A stretch of 42,136 bases of DNA from Catajapyx aquilonaris (Eukaryota), in contig JYFJ02000861.1 in NCBI GenBank assembly GCA_000934665.2, positions 62,001 to 104,136 on the forward strand. The letters are read 5' to 3'. The notes beneath the pieces were generated by a model. That model worked only from the letters and a program-made list of their open reading frames with translations. It was not told where the DNA came from and did no database searches. This document shows positions 14,655-26,580 of this stretch, one piece after another. Made by a program: the position numbers and the translations under genes. Position 1 is the stretch's first letter. Every line of letters begins with the position of its first letter.

Positions 14655-14660
14655 TTTATT
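14655..14660 (-). terminator. Probable VPS52 polyadenylation signal
   Basis: AATAAA on the minus strand about 500 nt after the VPS52 stop, followed by a GT-rich downstream element (GTCTGTGTGAGTGTTT). Confidence 0.6.
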
Positions 14661-15162
14661 TACAGAATTACTTCTGGTGCGCTATGCAACAGCACCCTCA
14701 ACACACATCCATTGCCTCTCCAACAGTGAGTGCCATACCTCAATCACCCTCAACACATGCTTCAACGAGCAAAAGGTAAATTACATTAATTTTATGCATG
14801 TTACGAACCCCCTGCAAATCTCAGGTCATCGGGATGTTTCTAGAATCAAGTCGGTGAATCTGTCACATGTTAAATCCCCATAGCGCCACAATCATGCCAA
14901 TGTACTGGCTGCACCTGGGGAACACTTATTGGCTGCTGAGGCATTCAAAATGTAAGGTAACAGTGTCCTCGTGACAAGTGATGCTGAGAGCACAGACCCA
15001 GGAGACACACATAGTACATTTGGTCCAGCTGCTGATTTCATCCTTATGATTTTCTATGAAAAGCCAGCTCTGTTCATGAACCATGTTCTAGCTACATGAC
15101 ACCTCAGGCCATAATAATAAGCATGAAAATGTCTCTTTTGGTGACTAATGACATTGCAAGGC

Positions 15163-18100
15163 CTAGAAGTTGGGCTTGTACTTCTTGACTTCAACCATGA
15201 GGTGGTGTATGTTGATGAGCTCAGACCTGGCAGCCAGATTCTTGAATGCAGGCTGGTTGAGCACCTTCTGGAATCGGTGGTAGTACTGCACCAGCTGGGT
15301 GAGGGCCAGCTGGAGGATCCCTGTGCCATTCTTGAAGTTTGGAAAGGAGGTCAGGATCTCTCGGTTCAGGTCATCCAGGCTCTTCTTCCAGCCAGAGGAG
15401 AAGGCCTGCACTAGGGCTCCTGCTTTTCCTGAGAAAAAAAGTTGGTTTTAAAAAGTGGAGTCAGCAGGAGTTGCTTCATCAAGCCTTGACATTTCAAACT
15501 CACTTTCCTCCCTCTTCAGCAAATCAGCTTGCCCCCTCTCAATGATGACCTCACACTCCTTAACAAACTGCACAATACCCCCAAAGTTTGGGGACAGCAC
15601 TTCTTCCACATACTCTGTAGTTCGAGCATTCAGTTGCTCTCTGAACCGTTCAGATTCCCTGGAGTCGTCCCTGGAGCGTTCACTCAGGACGCCCAGGATC
15701 ACGTCGTAGTTATTGATCAGGAAGATCAGCTGCTCCTTCCGTTGGGGGAATGCAGCTGCCATCTTCAAGATCACATGTGCGACTTCTTCCTGAAGCTGGG
15801 CCAGAAGGCGATGAACATTTTCATGTGGGTAGCTCTCATTTATTCCAACCAAGGCAGCGCTGAACTCAGCATATCGCCGAGTTATCTGTCAAAGAATTAG
15901 TAAGTTAACTCCTACATGGATTGTTGGGGTGATGTGACAGGTTCACAACATATTAACTAGGAAGAAATAGAATCTTTGTTGTACTAATGCCCTACCAAAC
16001 AACTGCATGTTATTCAAGTAAGGCATTGCCTCTCTGGCATATTCAGTAAATTAGATTTGTTTGAACATCTATTTTCCATATTATGAGAAAGTAATTAGAC
16101 TGTACATACATAGTGTGGGTTCATGTCGATGGCTCCTAAACGAGACAGGTCACAGTCACGCACACTCTGGATATTTAGTTGCACCACATATTCAAATCTG
16201 GGGAGAAATACTACTTTAGATTTCATCATTCTCATGGAAAAATTAGTCATAAAAGCAAACCTTGGCCACAGCATCTCCTGAATGGTGTCCCAGTATGGAT
16301 CAAGTGCAGGGACTCCTCTCTTCTGGCACATTGACTGGTAGCGACAACCCAGGTGAATGCAGAGGAACAAGCAGATTGCATCGTAGCAGTCTTGCACAAA
16401 TATCTCCATATTTTTCTGTGAAGAAAATTTAACATGAAATACTGAGGTGCCAGTACATTATTACAGAGAAATCAGTCTATCAAGATACGTAACTTCGTAC
16501 AGCAATTATTATTATCCATTATGAACAGGGTGTGTCATGTGACAGAAACATATTTCAAATATTCTGCAAGTAGCAAGAAAAGTTCTCAAATGGACAATGT
16601 TCTGCTGCATCCAGTGTTTACGACAGACAAGTTTCACTGTGTATTCTGAAATATCTTGGTAGTCATAAAAATTTGGTTTCAAATGGTGACTTGAGCTGGT
16701 AAATCAAGCCCCTAGAGCAAATTTCCATCTTACATGCAAAATGTTTCCTTTATGAATTGTTGTAACTTGTCACAACAAAAACAAAGTACATGCATGATAG
16801 CGTGAGGGCCGCACTAAAATGATTTACATTTTTTTTTTTTTGCCAATAATACGGTGCCTGTAAGGTCGGCAGATAGTCACATTTTATAGATAGAATCCTC
16901 TTGAAGCTAAATGCACAGGAATCATGGGTGTGAAACCTCTCCATGCCCTCCAGGAACAATTTTTTGGAGGTTCAGTGCACCCCCTCCCAGACAACTGCTT
17001 ACAGTCAACAATGTCCTTGAAATTGCATCAGCAAAGGAGTTTTTTTCATGGATCTGAACAAGTGAAAGTCACTGGGGGCCACGTTCAGTAGGTGTGGAAG
17101 CACCCAAACCCAGATCCATGAAGAAAACCCTTCGCCGACACCATTTCGAGGACACTGTTGACAGTATGTTGTTAACATTGTTGATTGTGCACAATTGTCT
17201 GGTATTGTGTATGTCGCACCTCCAAAAAGTGGTTCCTGGAGGTCCTGGAGAGGTTGACACACTTGTGGTGGTAGTGAATTCGGCTCCAGGAGGATTCTAT
17301 CTATAATGTGTGACTATCTGCCGACCTGTACGGGCACTGTATTTGTGGCAAAAAAATAAATTGTAAATCATTTTAGTACGGCCCTTGTAGTTCTAGTTCA
17401 GCAGATATAAATTGTTGACAATATCCCACACTGAACATGCACATTAGGCCTGTCCATATGCCTTGAGATGGAGGCAACACATGAGCCTGAGACATGCTGA
17501 AGAGTGTGTACAAGTCATTAATATAAGCAGTCCACTACAGTTCAAATGTGACGTAGCCCAAAATGAAAGGCTTCCTTACCAAGAACATTGTCAGGGTCTT
17601 CCCAAGCACAACATTAAATAGGTCCTGGCTGGCTTGCCCCTTCACCAGGAAAAACTCCTTAAGGAAGAGGAACTCCCTGCAGGCATTGTCCACCAGGGCA
17701 AACTGTTCGCTGCGGAACAAGGCCTCAAAAGGATGCTTGGCTTCTGACTTCTGAGCTGCATGAGGCACTATTATGGAAGCCTCCAATCCTGTAGTCAGGA
17801 CTTCCCCACGATTCCCTATAGTGAAAACAGTGGCTCGATTTCGAAGGCTTGGCTTCCCAAACAGGCTCCGGTTTGAGTTGTCATCAACGCCCATCAAGCT
17901 GTCCTTTGTTGCAACCTCTTCATACTACAAGTAAGGTGCATTATTTAAAATATTCAACAACAACACTTGCTGTAACCTGCTGTAACAGTACAACAATGGC
18001 GTGTGTTCCAGGTTACATATTTCAGTGTAGTTGTGTTTTCATTTTCGTTCACTTCCTCTTGCACAAGGAGGAATTAACTAGCAACTTGTTTAAAGTTTTC

Positions 18101-20444
18101 TGGGTAATTTTGGAAGAAAAGTAGCCAAAGTGCCAAACAGTATTTGTTTGATTAATGAAATAATAATGACTTCGCTATTATAATGTAACATCATCATCTG
18201 TCTTACAAAGAGAGATTCAATCTAATTAAATATATTGCTCTGAGACTACACCTCTTTACATTTAATCTTATATTTGTCATTGTGACTAATCCTACTTAGT
18301 TTCATTGTATTACAATTTACATTACATTGCAGCTATTAATTTAGATGGTTACAGCAATATCATGGTAAATCTAAAAAAGGACATGTAAAGAATACTCAAG
18401 CAAATAGAATGGTCCATAAAAGAACAGTGAGAAATTCTTACCTGCAGCTTTGCAAGGCGATTCACATAAGATTTGAAATATGAATAGTAGATCTTGCTCA
18501 TCGTGTCCACATACTCATCTCTTATCTCTCTTGCTATGTTCCGCTCATTGGCCAGCAGGAACTCATAGAAAAACCTGAAAGTTACAATCAAAATTTGCAA
18601 TCATTTTTAAAAACCTGCAAGCAATGTGATGTACAAGATGACACACATTATTTTATGAAAAGATTAGTTCCTTCATGTGACAATGAATTGTGACCTCCAG
18701 TGAAGTCTCATTCCCACTAATTAAATCTCTCATCATCCCATTTTAAATAAGCATTCTCCACACACCCAAAACTAGAAACGTAAGATGCAGTTGCAATATT
18801 GTATTCTTTTTGGGTCATCACATTCATGAACATGTACCATATCGTCAAAATGATGGTTTCAATGCAAAATCGTCTCCATCTTTTTGAGCGATATAGTACA
18901 GTAGCCTACTTTCAGGCATTTGATTCAGTGATTCCATAATTCACCATGAATTCCTGTTCTGTTTCTGTTTGATGAAGTACACTTTTATTAATCAGGAAAC
19001 TATTACATAGAATTGGATGGCAAGTACGAAATACGTCAATTCTATTGTAATCAGAAGTACTAAATCCATAATTGAAGGGCTCAGCGCCAAACATGACTAA
19101 CCCTCTTGAGGAGGTAAATGGCTTTAGGCGCGTTTTCTGATTCAGCAACAGCAACTTTTCTGCCGGCAAACGTGACTATGCCACTCTCTCGTTCTGGATG
19201 GTAATAATTGGAATTCTTGCTGCTACATTCTTGATTTGTGGAAAGCTCTCATTAACATTTAATCAACATTTTCTCAACTTTTTTCTGTGAGGGTTAGTCA
19301 TGTTTGGTGCTGAGCCCTTCAATTACACTTTTAGCATTACTTCTGAATTCCACCTTGCAGAAGGAGACATGGGAGACATACTTGATCTTAAGCATTGCAT
19401 TCTGTGGCACAGTGTAGTTGGTCATGGGCTTCCTGAACTTGTACACCTGCTGCAGGAGGTATTCCCTTATCTTTGTGATTGCTCGAATTTTCAACTTCTC
19501 CAGGATGTCCCGCACATCCTGGACTGAACGTGCATCTGAAAGTAAGCAAATGAAAATTAACAACAATCCAAATGTCAACTCCAGTTGCAGGCAAATCTTG
19601 GATATAGAATAAAAGCTCCAGTAATTATGCTGGCATTTGATAATCCAGTACAGCATACAGTTTTCTAGCCTTTTAATGACATGAAAAGCATAATAAAGAT
19701 ATAACTTCATTTGAGTGAGAGATAACCTTTGAAGCTCTGCTCCTTGACAAAGTTTATTTTGTGGTTTAGAATCTGCAGCTGCTCTAGAAACTCCTTGTCT
19801 GTGACTGGCAGGTCAAGGATGGGCTTGATGAGTGTCTCTGGCACCACCATGTCATCCACAAACTCACTCAGCTCCCCACGAATGGCCTGTCGATTGCGCA
19901 GCTGCAATCCAAGGCTCACCGACTGTTGTTGGAGAGACAGGATCTCGCTGCTTATGCTGCCCAGGTCTGACTGGAAGCCTAACAGCATGGCTTCCATTCT
20001 CTGGAAGATGGTGCAAATGGTAGGAACAGTACCTTAGAAAAACTTGTGTCAAAAAGCAACACAATGAATACTGGTCATAATTTTGGAGGCCTGTGTCATG
20101 ATACTTGGTACGTCATATTGGCTAACGTAAGTGCCTTTAATCACGAAATTGGCATTTCATAGGAAGGCCTAGAGTAATGCTTCTTGCTTTGACCCCACCT
20201 CCAGTATGTTGTCACATGCAGCAATCTGGTTGTGCAAGCTGGTCAAGTTCTGGCTCTCTGCAATGTAGTCCTGGATGGAGGCATTTTCAACCTCGCACAG
20301 TTCTTTTTCCACCTGGCGTGAGTACTGGCGAAGGTCCAATCCAGTCTGTAGGGCCTCCTTTACCACCTCATCCTCCAGGTTCTCCTGGATGCTCCAGCCA
20401 ACCTCGTCCAGCACATCCGATGCTTGACCCACTGATGACAACAT
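15163..20444 (-). CDS. VPS52: Vacuolar protein sorting 52 (GARP/EARP subunit), about 680 aa
   Basis: Exons 20444-20199, 20000-19727, 19535-19382, 18574-18442, 17924-17580, 16415-16261, 16197-16110, 15885-15504 and 15428-15163 total 2043 nt, all GT-AG with consistent phases. Motifs: GLDLRQYSRQVE, FQSDLGSISSEI, IFLINNYD, NIHHLMVEVKKYKPNF*. The start is ACCATG at 20444, with an in-frame TGA just upstream. Confidence 0.95.
16803..17387 (-). mobile_element. Internally deleted, decayed mariner element in a VPS52 intron
   Basis: Imperfect TIRs of about 100 bp (TGAGGGCCGCACTAAAATGATTTAC... / ...GTAAATCATTTTAGTACGGCCCTTG|TA). The minus strand encodes PHLLNVAPSDFHLFRSMKK, a remnant of the mariner YSPDLAPSDFHLF motif. 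Confidence 0.8.
19074..19320. mobile_element. MITE with ~32-bp TIRs flanked by AATT
   Basis: GAAGGGCTCAGCGCCAAACATGACTAACCCTC ... GAGGGTTAGTCATGTTTGGTGCTGAGCCCTTC, with AATT on both sides. Superfamily uncertain (possibly Sola-like). Confidence 0.75.
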
Positions 20445-21199
20445 GGTTGAACTGATGGCACCCAAGCTCTGTCAGTTGGTAAGGTGCTCTGTAGGCAAAT
20501 GCAGCGACTGAGAATTAACCCTACCTTGACAGTATTCCATTTTTATATTCCCATGTATTAATTGTGTCATGCTCAATTGCCCAAACCAGCACCAGCTTCT
20601 CGAGTTACCCCCAACATGCTTTGATTAGTTTTACAAACTTGCGGCCAGCGGACACTGCAGTTACGTATTTATTTTACTGTGTACTGTAAGCATCAGAATT
20701 ATTTGTCAGATGCCCCACTCCATGCTACACAAGCCACCAAGTACAGCATGGAAGAAAGCAAGAGGCACACGTAGAACCAGGCTTTATGCATGTGGGCATT
20801 TTAGTTCTACGTCTGCTTACAACCATATTTTTGCAGAGTGCCACCCAAAGAATGGAGGCGGTATTTTGTCTGCGATTATACGTGAGGGGTTTACATGTGT
20901 GTCTGACACTTGAGAAAAACGCGCAGCTTTCTCCGTCAGTGTCCGCCGGGCAGAGTTGTGTAATTTGGGCCACTGCTGATGCAGTTGTGACACTTTGGCA
21001 TGAACACCGTGACAGCTGCACCAACCTGCGCACAGCGAGTGTTCTCCTTCTTCCTCGCTGCCAGGCACTTCACATGCTGCGCTTCCCCACAGGAGGGAAG
21101 GAGTTGGGCGGCCCGCACGAGAGAGAAGCGTGCAATGAGAGCGACACTTCAAAGGGAATCTGCAGCAGAAGAAGTCTTTCAACAGCAGCAGGCAGCCAT

Positions 21200-21479
21200 G
21201 TTTCCATTTCCACCTGCAATCAGGGTTGCCAAGTGGCAAGTCCATTTTATCATGACGTCAAAAACTGCTAATCTTCCGGCAGCGGACTGATATTTAATTA
21301 ATGAATATAACACACAGTTAAATTAGCTAATTAAATTAATCGGGCGAACATGAGAGGTGTGAAGCAGTGCCTCCTGGCGGTGGCGAGTGAAAGTGATTCC
21401 CCGGTGGCAGTGTGTGACGTCACATCCTCACTCGCTTAGCTGGTTTCCCTCGACGTGCCGCATTCTCTGGGCAGCCAAG
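21200..21479. promoter_or_regulatory. Bidirectional VPS52/RPS18 promoter with paired CRE palindromes
   Basis: Lies between divergent genes in a CpG-retaining segment. TGACGTCA occurs at 21253-21260 and 21415-21422. A pyrimidine tract TTTCCCTC near 21444 is a plausible 5'TOP/TCT start for RPS18. The VPS52 TSS is inferred, not seen. Confidence 0.6.
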
Positions 21480-22920
21480 ATGGTGAGTTTGGTCGGAATC
21501 AGGGGCCATCTGCCCCTGGCCAGATGCAGGGGCGGGACCGGGTCTGGCCCACGGCCATCCTCCAGTTCAGGAGTAGGCCCCGGGTGTTCCCGTGGGCATG
21601 GTGGGCTGGAGGGAAGGGGGCGAAGGAGGTCAGAAGCGTGGCCCGGCCTCACCCTGCTGCTGCCGATAATTTATTATTTCACTCGTCAGAACAAGACACA
21701 TTCACGGGCACTTGCTTCATTCGTGTTGTGGGGTGTGGGGCTTGAGGGGGAACCATTTCTGGTGCTGGCTGGGACCAGGACAAAAAAAAATATATAAAAT
21801 CATTGGGATTGGTGTGCAGGGAAGAGACGGTTGGGATATCGCATCTCATGTGCTCTGCTCGGTGGCTTCACTCCATGGCCAGCCGAGCATCTTTATAGAT
21901 GCGAAGAGTGAAATGGGTGGCCAGCGTTCCTCACCACCATACTCTGGTGGTAGTGGCATATACCGTCACCAACACTGACACATTCACATGCTGTTAGCAG
22001 TAGGCTACATTAATTATCTCCGCAGCAGTCAGAGTTGCCTGATATTGAAGTGGTGTCGAGAGTTGCCTAATCCTCCACGTGTTTCCTATTCCAGTCGTTG
22101 GTCATCCCGGAGAAGTTCCAGCATATCCTGCGAATAATGAACACCAACATTGATGGCAAGTGCAAGGTGATGTTCGCCTTGACTGCCATCAAGGGGGTTG
22201 GGCGACGATATTCCAACATCGTGCTCAAGAAGGCTGATGTGGACTTGGACAAGCGTGCCGGGGAACTCACAGAGGAGGAGGTAAAGTAAATCCTACCATT
22301 TGCACCATTCCTAAGGTACACCTCATTTAGTTCATGCAGTACTAAACAGAACGTAGCAGTAAGTTACCTGTGAACATGTAAGCACTACTCGCTAGGCCTG
22401 TGGATCTGTATTTGAAGCAGGTATTTGGTAAGTAGTGCAAGAGTATTGCTTCTTCTACCCCGCCTCTAGAGGTTCAAAAATTCCCAGAGGCTTCTGAACA
22501 GAAGCAACATTTCGAAATCAGCTCATTTCTCATTGAACCTTTGGTCGCTGTAACTCGAGTCACCAAAATGTCAATGTAAAATGGGCCTTCAACACCATCA
22601 TAAATCATATGGATGTGATCAGCTGTACTTATGCTAGATGTGTGTTTCAGATTGAGAAGATCATCACCATCATGTCAAACCCACGCCAGTACAAGATCCC
22701 TGACTGGTTCCTGAACAGGCAGAAGGATTTGAAGGATGGAAAGTATTCCCAGGTAATGGCCAATAACTTGGAGAACAAACTTCGTGAGGACCTGGAACGT
22801 CTCAAGAAGATTAGGGCGCACCGTGGTCTCAGGCACTACTGGGGTCTCAGGGTTAGGGGTCAGCATACAAAGACCACTGGCCGCAGGGGAAGGACAGTTG
22901 GAGTGTCCAAGAAGAAGTAA
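21480..22920 (+). CDS. RPS18: 40S ribosomal protein S18 (uS13), 152 aa
   Basis: ATG-only first coding segment at 21480-21482 followed by gtgagt, then exons 22095-22280 and 22651-22920. Translation: [22 protein letters not shown]...[38 protein letters not shown] at 22955-22960. Confidence 0.98.
21839..21977 (+). ncRNA. Box H/ACA snoRNA candidate in RPS18 intron 1 (variant H box)
   Basis: Hairpin 1: TCGCATCT (21839-21846) / AGATGCGA (21897-21904) with upper stem TGCTCGG/CCGAGCA. Hinge AGAGTGA. Hairpin 2: GGTGGC/GTCACC with upper stem ACCACCA/TGGTGGT. ACA at 21972-21974. Length about 139 nt. Confidence 0.65.
22381..22512 (+). ncRNA. Box H/ACA snoRNA candidate in RPS18 intron 2
   Basis: Hairpin 1 is closed by GCACTACT (22382-22389) / AGTAGTGC (22431-22438), then the H box AGAGTA (22440-22445). 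Hairpin 2 is closed by TGCTTCT/AGAAGCA with upper stem GCCTCT/AGAGGC and an internal pocket, then ACA (22507-22509) and TTT. Length about 132 nt. Confidence 0.8.
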
Positions 22921-24454
22921 AAAAACATGTGAAGACCTGTCGTATCGACTTGGTAATAAAATCATTGCCCAGGCAAGTCACAGCTTTTGCTTGGCGTGTG
23001 GTGTCAACCTATTCCGAACAAAAACCACTTGCAGGAGGAGTGTTCCAGCAATCAGTTTATTTTCCAGGTAGGATTTGAGGGACGTTGCAACCATGTCAAT
23101 ATCCAAATGTTACTCTTCAAGGCATTGCAGACGGTCACTTTTCCTTGAATTGGAACTTGACTTTTTCAGTCATTGGAATATGCCAAATGTTGGTAAATCA
23201 TAGTCAGGTACTCTTCTTCTGGGAAAAGAATCTGCCACCCACCTGCCTAATCAAAACGCCTTGCTATTGTGGATCACCTTGCGATAACTAAAGGCAATGA
23301 TAAGCTTGCTGGGACGCACCATTGTCCTATGACATGCATTTGACACGAGGTACTTTGGAAATATACCATGGGCTAGGCAGCACATGACAACTCGTACCTT
23401 TTGGAGCATCTTTTCACCTTCAGTCGTCGTAATGGACAAGACAAAGTGAGGCTGCTTTCAGATGTGGCTGTGAGTGGGAGATGCCTTTTGCCAGAAGTTG
23501 TGCAAGGCTCACAAAGGAAAAGATGTAATTGTGAATTGGTATGCCTCAACCAGGCTGGTAAGGCAGAAGACTGAATTGTCATGTGTGTGTCACGTACAGG
23601 TCACGATATCTGCCTCTTTGGGAGGACCAAGCCACGTTTGGTTAGACCCCCTGTGCTTACCCCCATTTTGATTTCCTATGGCACATTCAAATGGTGTGGG
23701 TGTTGTCTCAAGTGTCCTTTCTGAAAGGAGGAGATCAGTGGTGGCTTGGGACAGATTTGGGCAAAAGCTGCACATGCGTCAATTACATGCCAATGTAATA
23801 ATGTATCCTAATCGTGGCATTGTATGCATACTCCCATGAACTGAGGGATTCATAAGCCAACTTTCAACGAATGTCATGCTAATTCACCAGGTGGCAGCGC
23901 ATTGGAGGATGGCTCAGACCAGCTCAGACAAATATTAATGCAGAAGTCACTTGCATCCTTATTTTTCTGTTGACAAGTGATGTGCTGGAATAAAACGTTG
24001 TCAGACGAGCTCCACAGAATTCTGCAGGGTCTATTTGGATACTGACATTCAAATTAATTTGTAACTTGGGCATAAAGTGTGTGCAATGCTTAGCAGGCCT
24101 CTTCGCTACTGATGCCCCAAGAGAAAACCCTGTGACTCAGCCACTTGTAACTTTGATGTCTCTGCATTTTAAGATTGATTGAGCCTTATTGTACCAATTT
24201 TAGTGCATAGTTTTAATATGTGCAACTCTGCAGAGGTTGCTTCTACAGATACAGGCTTTGTACCAACAGGTGTGGCTTGGAAAGAGGAGTGAAACAGTGC
24301 ATTCATCTCCATTTGTGTGATTTTGGCACACATGGGATTTTCGCTTGGGGCATCAGCACTGGAGGCAGACACCTGCAAGCATGATGCAGAAGCAGTGCTG
24401 TTGGTGGAACCTTTGATTGGGAAGGGAACACAGAGAACCTCACCATAGTCCCAT

Positions 24455-24529
24455 CCAACGCAAAATTGAGTCTACGTAAATCACCCAACGCAAAATTGAG
24501 TCTACGTAAATCACCCAATGCACTTTGAG
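24455..24529. repeat. 30-bp tandem repeat, 2 exact copies plus a degenerate partial copy
   Basis: CCAACGCAAAATTGAGTCTACGTAAATCAC at 24455 and 24485, partial at 24515. Confidence 0.9.
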
Positions 24530-24785
24530 AAATTATGCCATGAGCAGCTGGGTCCAAGGCAAAGGTAAGTCTTCCATGATCCATGCAAGGTGATAGAATT
24601 GGGTTGTGTTTTCATGGGTTGCTGTACGTGCCATTATGGCATTTTTTCATTGTAGCTGCAAGGGGCTACAGGAGGGCCCATGCAGGACCTCCTCCTACCT
24701 TTGTGATGCCACTGCACTGTGGCCTGTATTCTCTCAAGGTGGGGCTCAGCAGAATGTGACTGCAATTGGTGCAGAACATTGTGTA

Positions 24786-24947
24786 CAATGTTGGACATAA
24801 ATCGAGGCATACTGCCAGCGACATTTTCTGAGGCGGCAGAAGAAGGAATCTTGCTCGCTCGGCTTGAAGTATCCTTATTTTCGATTCCTCCTCCTGCCGC
24901 TTGGGAAAATGTCACTAGCAATATGCCTCGATTTATGTCCAACACTG
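24786..24947. mobile_element. Tc1/mariner-type MITE, 162 bp
   Basis: TA|CAATGTTGGACATAAATCGAGGCATA... and ...TATGCCTCGATTTATGTCCAACACTG|TA; TIRs of about 44 bp and a TA target duplication. Confidence 0.8.
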
Positions 24948-26081
24948 TACTTCTGCACAGGTTGCTTATACATGATTAGGTGGCAGGAAGAACGGAAAGG
25001 GGTGGAATATCCATCATGAAGTTAGGGTAGATGGAGTGATACACACCTGGCTTTTCCAGGTGTCTTGCAAATATGCACAGAGAACATTTTTTGTAAACAA
25101 AAGGAGTATGTCATGTTTGTCTTGTGTGAAATTCCAGTGTAGGTTAGCATTGCTGTGTGGCTACTCTTACATTGGGTTCAGATGGAATCCATCTATTTGG
25201 ATTGTTGTGGTTGGGATCTGCCAAACCAGAGTGGATCCTGACCATGACCCAAAGACAGGCTGAGACTCACTTGAGAATCCAGCACTATCCTTTCTCTTCC
25301 CTGCCTGGTGAGTGATGGCCTGGAAGGAAGAGACAGTATTGACACAGCGCTCTGTGCCAGACACAATACCACATTATCATTGTGTCCGTTGGCCAGGGTT
25401 GCACTGCTCACTTGTTATAAATGTTGGGGTACATATATTTACATTATTAAATGCCCTCATTTTCTTATTTGTGATAAATTTTACCCCTCTGCAATTTATT
25501 TCTGAGTTAAAAGTCATATATTTAGATTTTTAACCACATTAATGTGACACTTACAGACCAACTTCATTCACCACCCTTCGATACCAAATATGAGTCGATT
25601 CTGGTTCAGAAAATTAAAATTTCTGGTGCTGCAGAATACCAGTGAATGGGGAAATGGGGTTTGGCAGGACACTGCAGTCATCCAGCGAGTTAATTTCCAC
25701 CTTGGACTGTGGTATTTAAGTCTTTCAAGCCCCCGTCAATGCTGCACGTGCATCTCAGGAAAAAAATCAGTATCACTTAATTTAAAGGCTGCAAAAGCAT
25801 TGCAATTGCTACTTCCAGCTCCTGAAATATCTGGGCTAAGTTTATGTGAATCTTGGAATGATCAGGAAATGAAACACGGAACCAAATATGCTGCCGTGGG
25901 ATTTCGTTGTGTAAAAACGGCCTGTGTGCATCTTCCAACCTCCTCTTCCCACTCCATCAATTTGGTCACTTTCAACAAAATGCATTCACTGCAACTTTTA
26001 CAAGTTATAATAATTGACATAACCTCAGTTGTTGTAACTGACTTTGTAAAGACAACAATGGCGATGTTATTTGGATCTTAA

Positions 26082-26580
26082 CCCTCAGACGGTGACGTAC
26101 GAAATGTTCGCTCTCCGGTGACGTGGGCACTTTTTGTGACCAAGCCATATTTTTTGTTACATCTGGCTAAATATAGCACATTCGGGCTTCACTTTTGAGA
26201 CAATCATAGTGTGATTCCTTCTACGACAAATACCGTTTAGTTTACATTTTTTGAGAAAATAGTGCGATCAGAAAAAAATCGGAAAGAAAATCAGTCGGGG
26301 CCAACTCCCGGGGGTAGGGGGATTCCACCCCTTGGTGGCCTGGGATGCCACCGGGAGCCGCCAGACCGGATCTTGGTTAGGCCCCATCTACGCATTGCTG
26401 CCTAATTTATTTTTTCCTGTCGTGCTATTTGCTCAAAAAATTTAAACTAAACGTACTTCATCACAGAAATAGTCAAACGAAAATGTTCTCAAAGATGAAT
26501 CTCGAATGTCCTAAATTTGCCAAGTTATAGCAAAAAAAGGGTCGTTGGTCACAAAAAGTGCCCACGTCACCGTCCGAGGG
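26082..26580. mobile_element. piggyBac-type MITE, 499 bp
   Basis: TTAA|CCCTCAGACGGTGACGT ... ACGTCACCGTCCGAGGG|TTAA. Subterminal IR CGGTGACGTGGGCACTTTTTGTGACCAA. Degenerate arms extend about 200 bp around a GC-rich core. Confidence 0.85.

Noticed and set aside
15148..20455. Plus-strand ORFs opposite VPS52 exons
   Set aside because: Antisense shadows of real coding exons.
20710..21978. Overlapping 60-160 aa ORFs between and within VPS52 and RPS18
   Set aside because: Expected by-product of GC-rich promoter, UTR and intron sequence; no homology recognised.
24109..24356. Inverted CTGATGCCCCAAG.GAAAA motif resembling a hammerhead core
   Set aside because: Lacks the CUGANGA consensus and a stem II; only a short degenerate inverted repeat.
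24455..24529. 30-bp repeats of CRISPR-like length
   Set aside because: The copies are contiguous with no spacers, there are no cas genes, and the context is eukaryotic; this is a simple tandem duplication.
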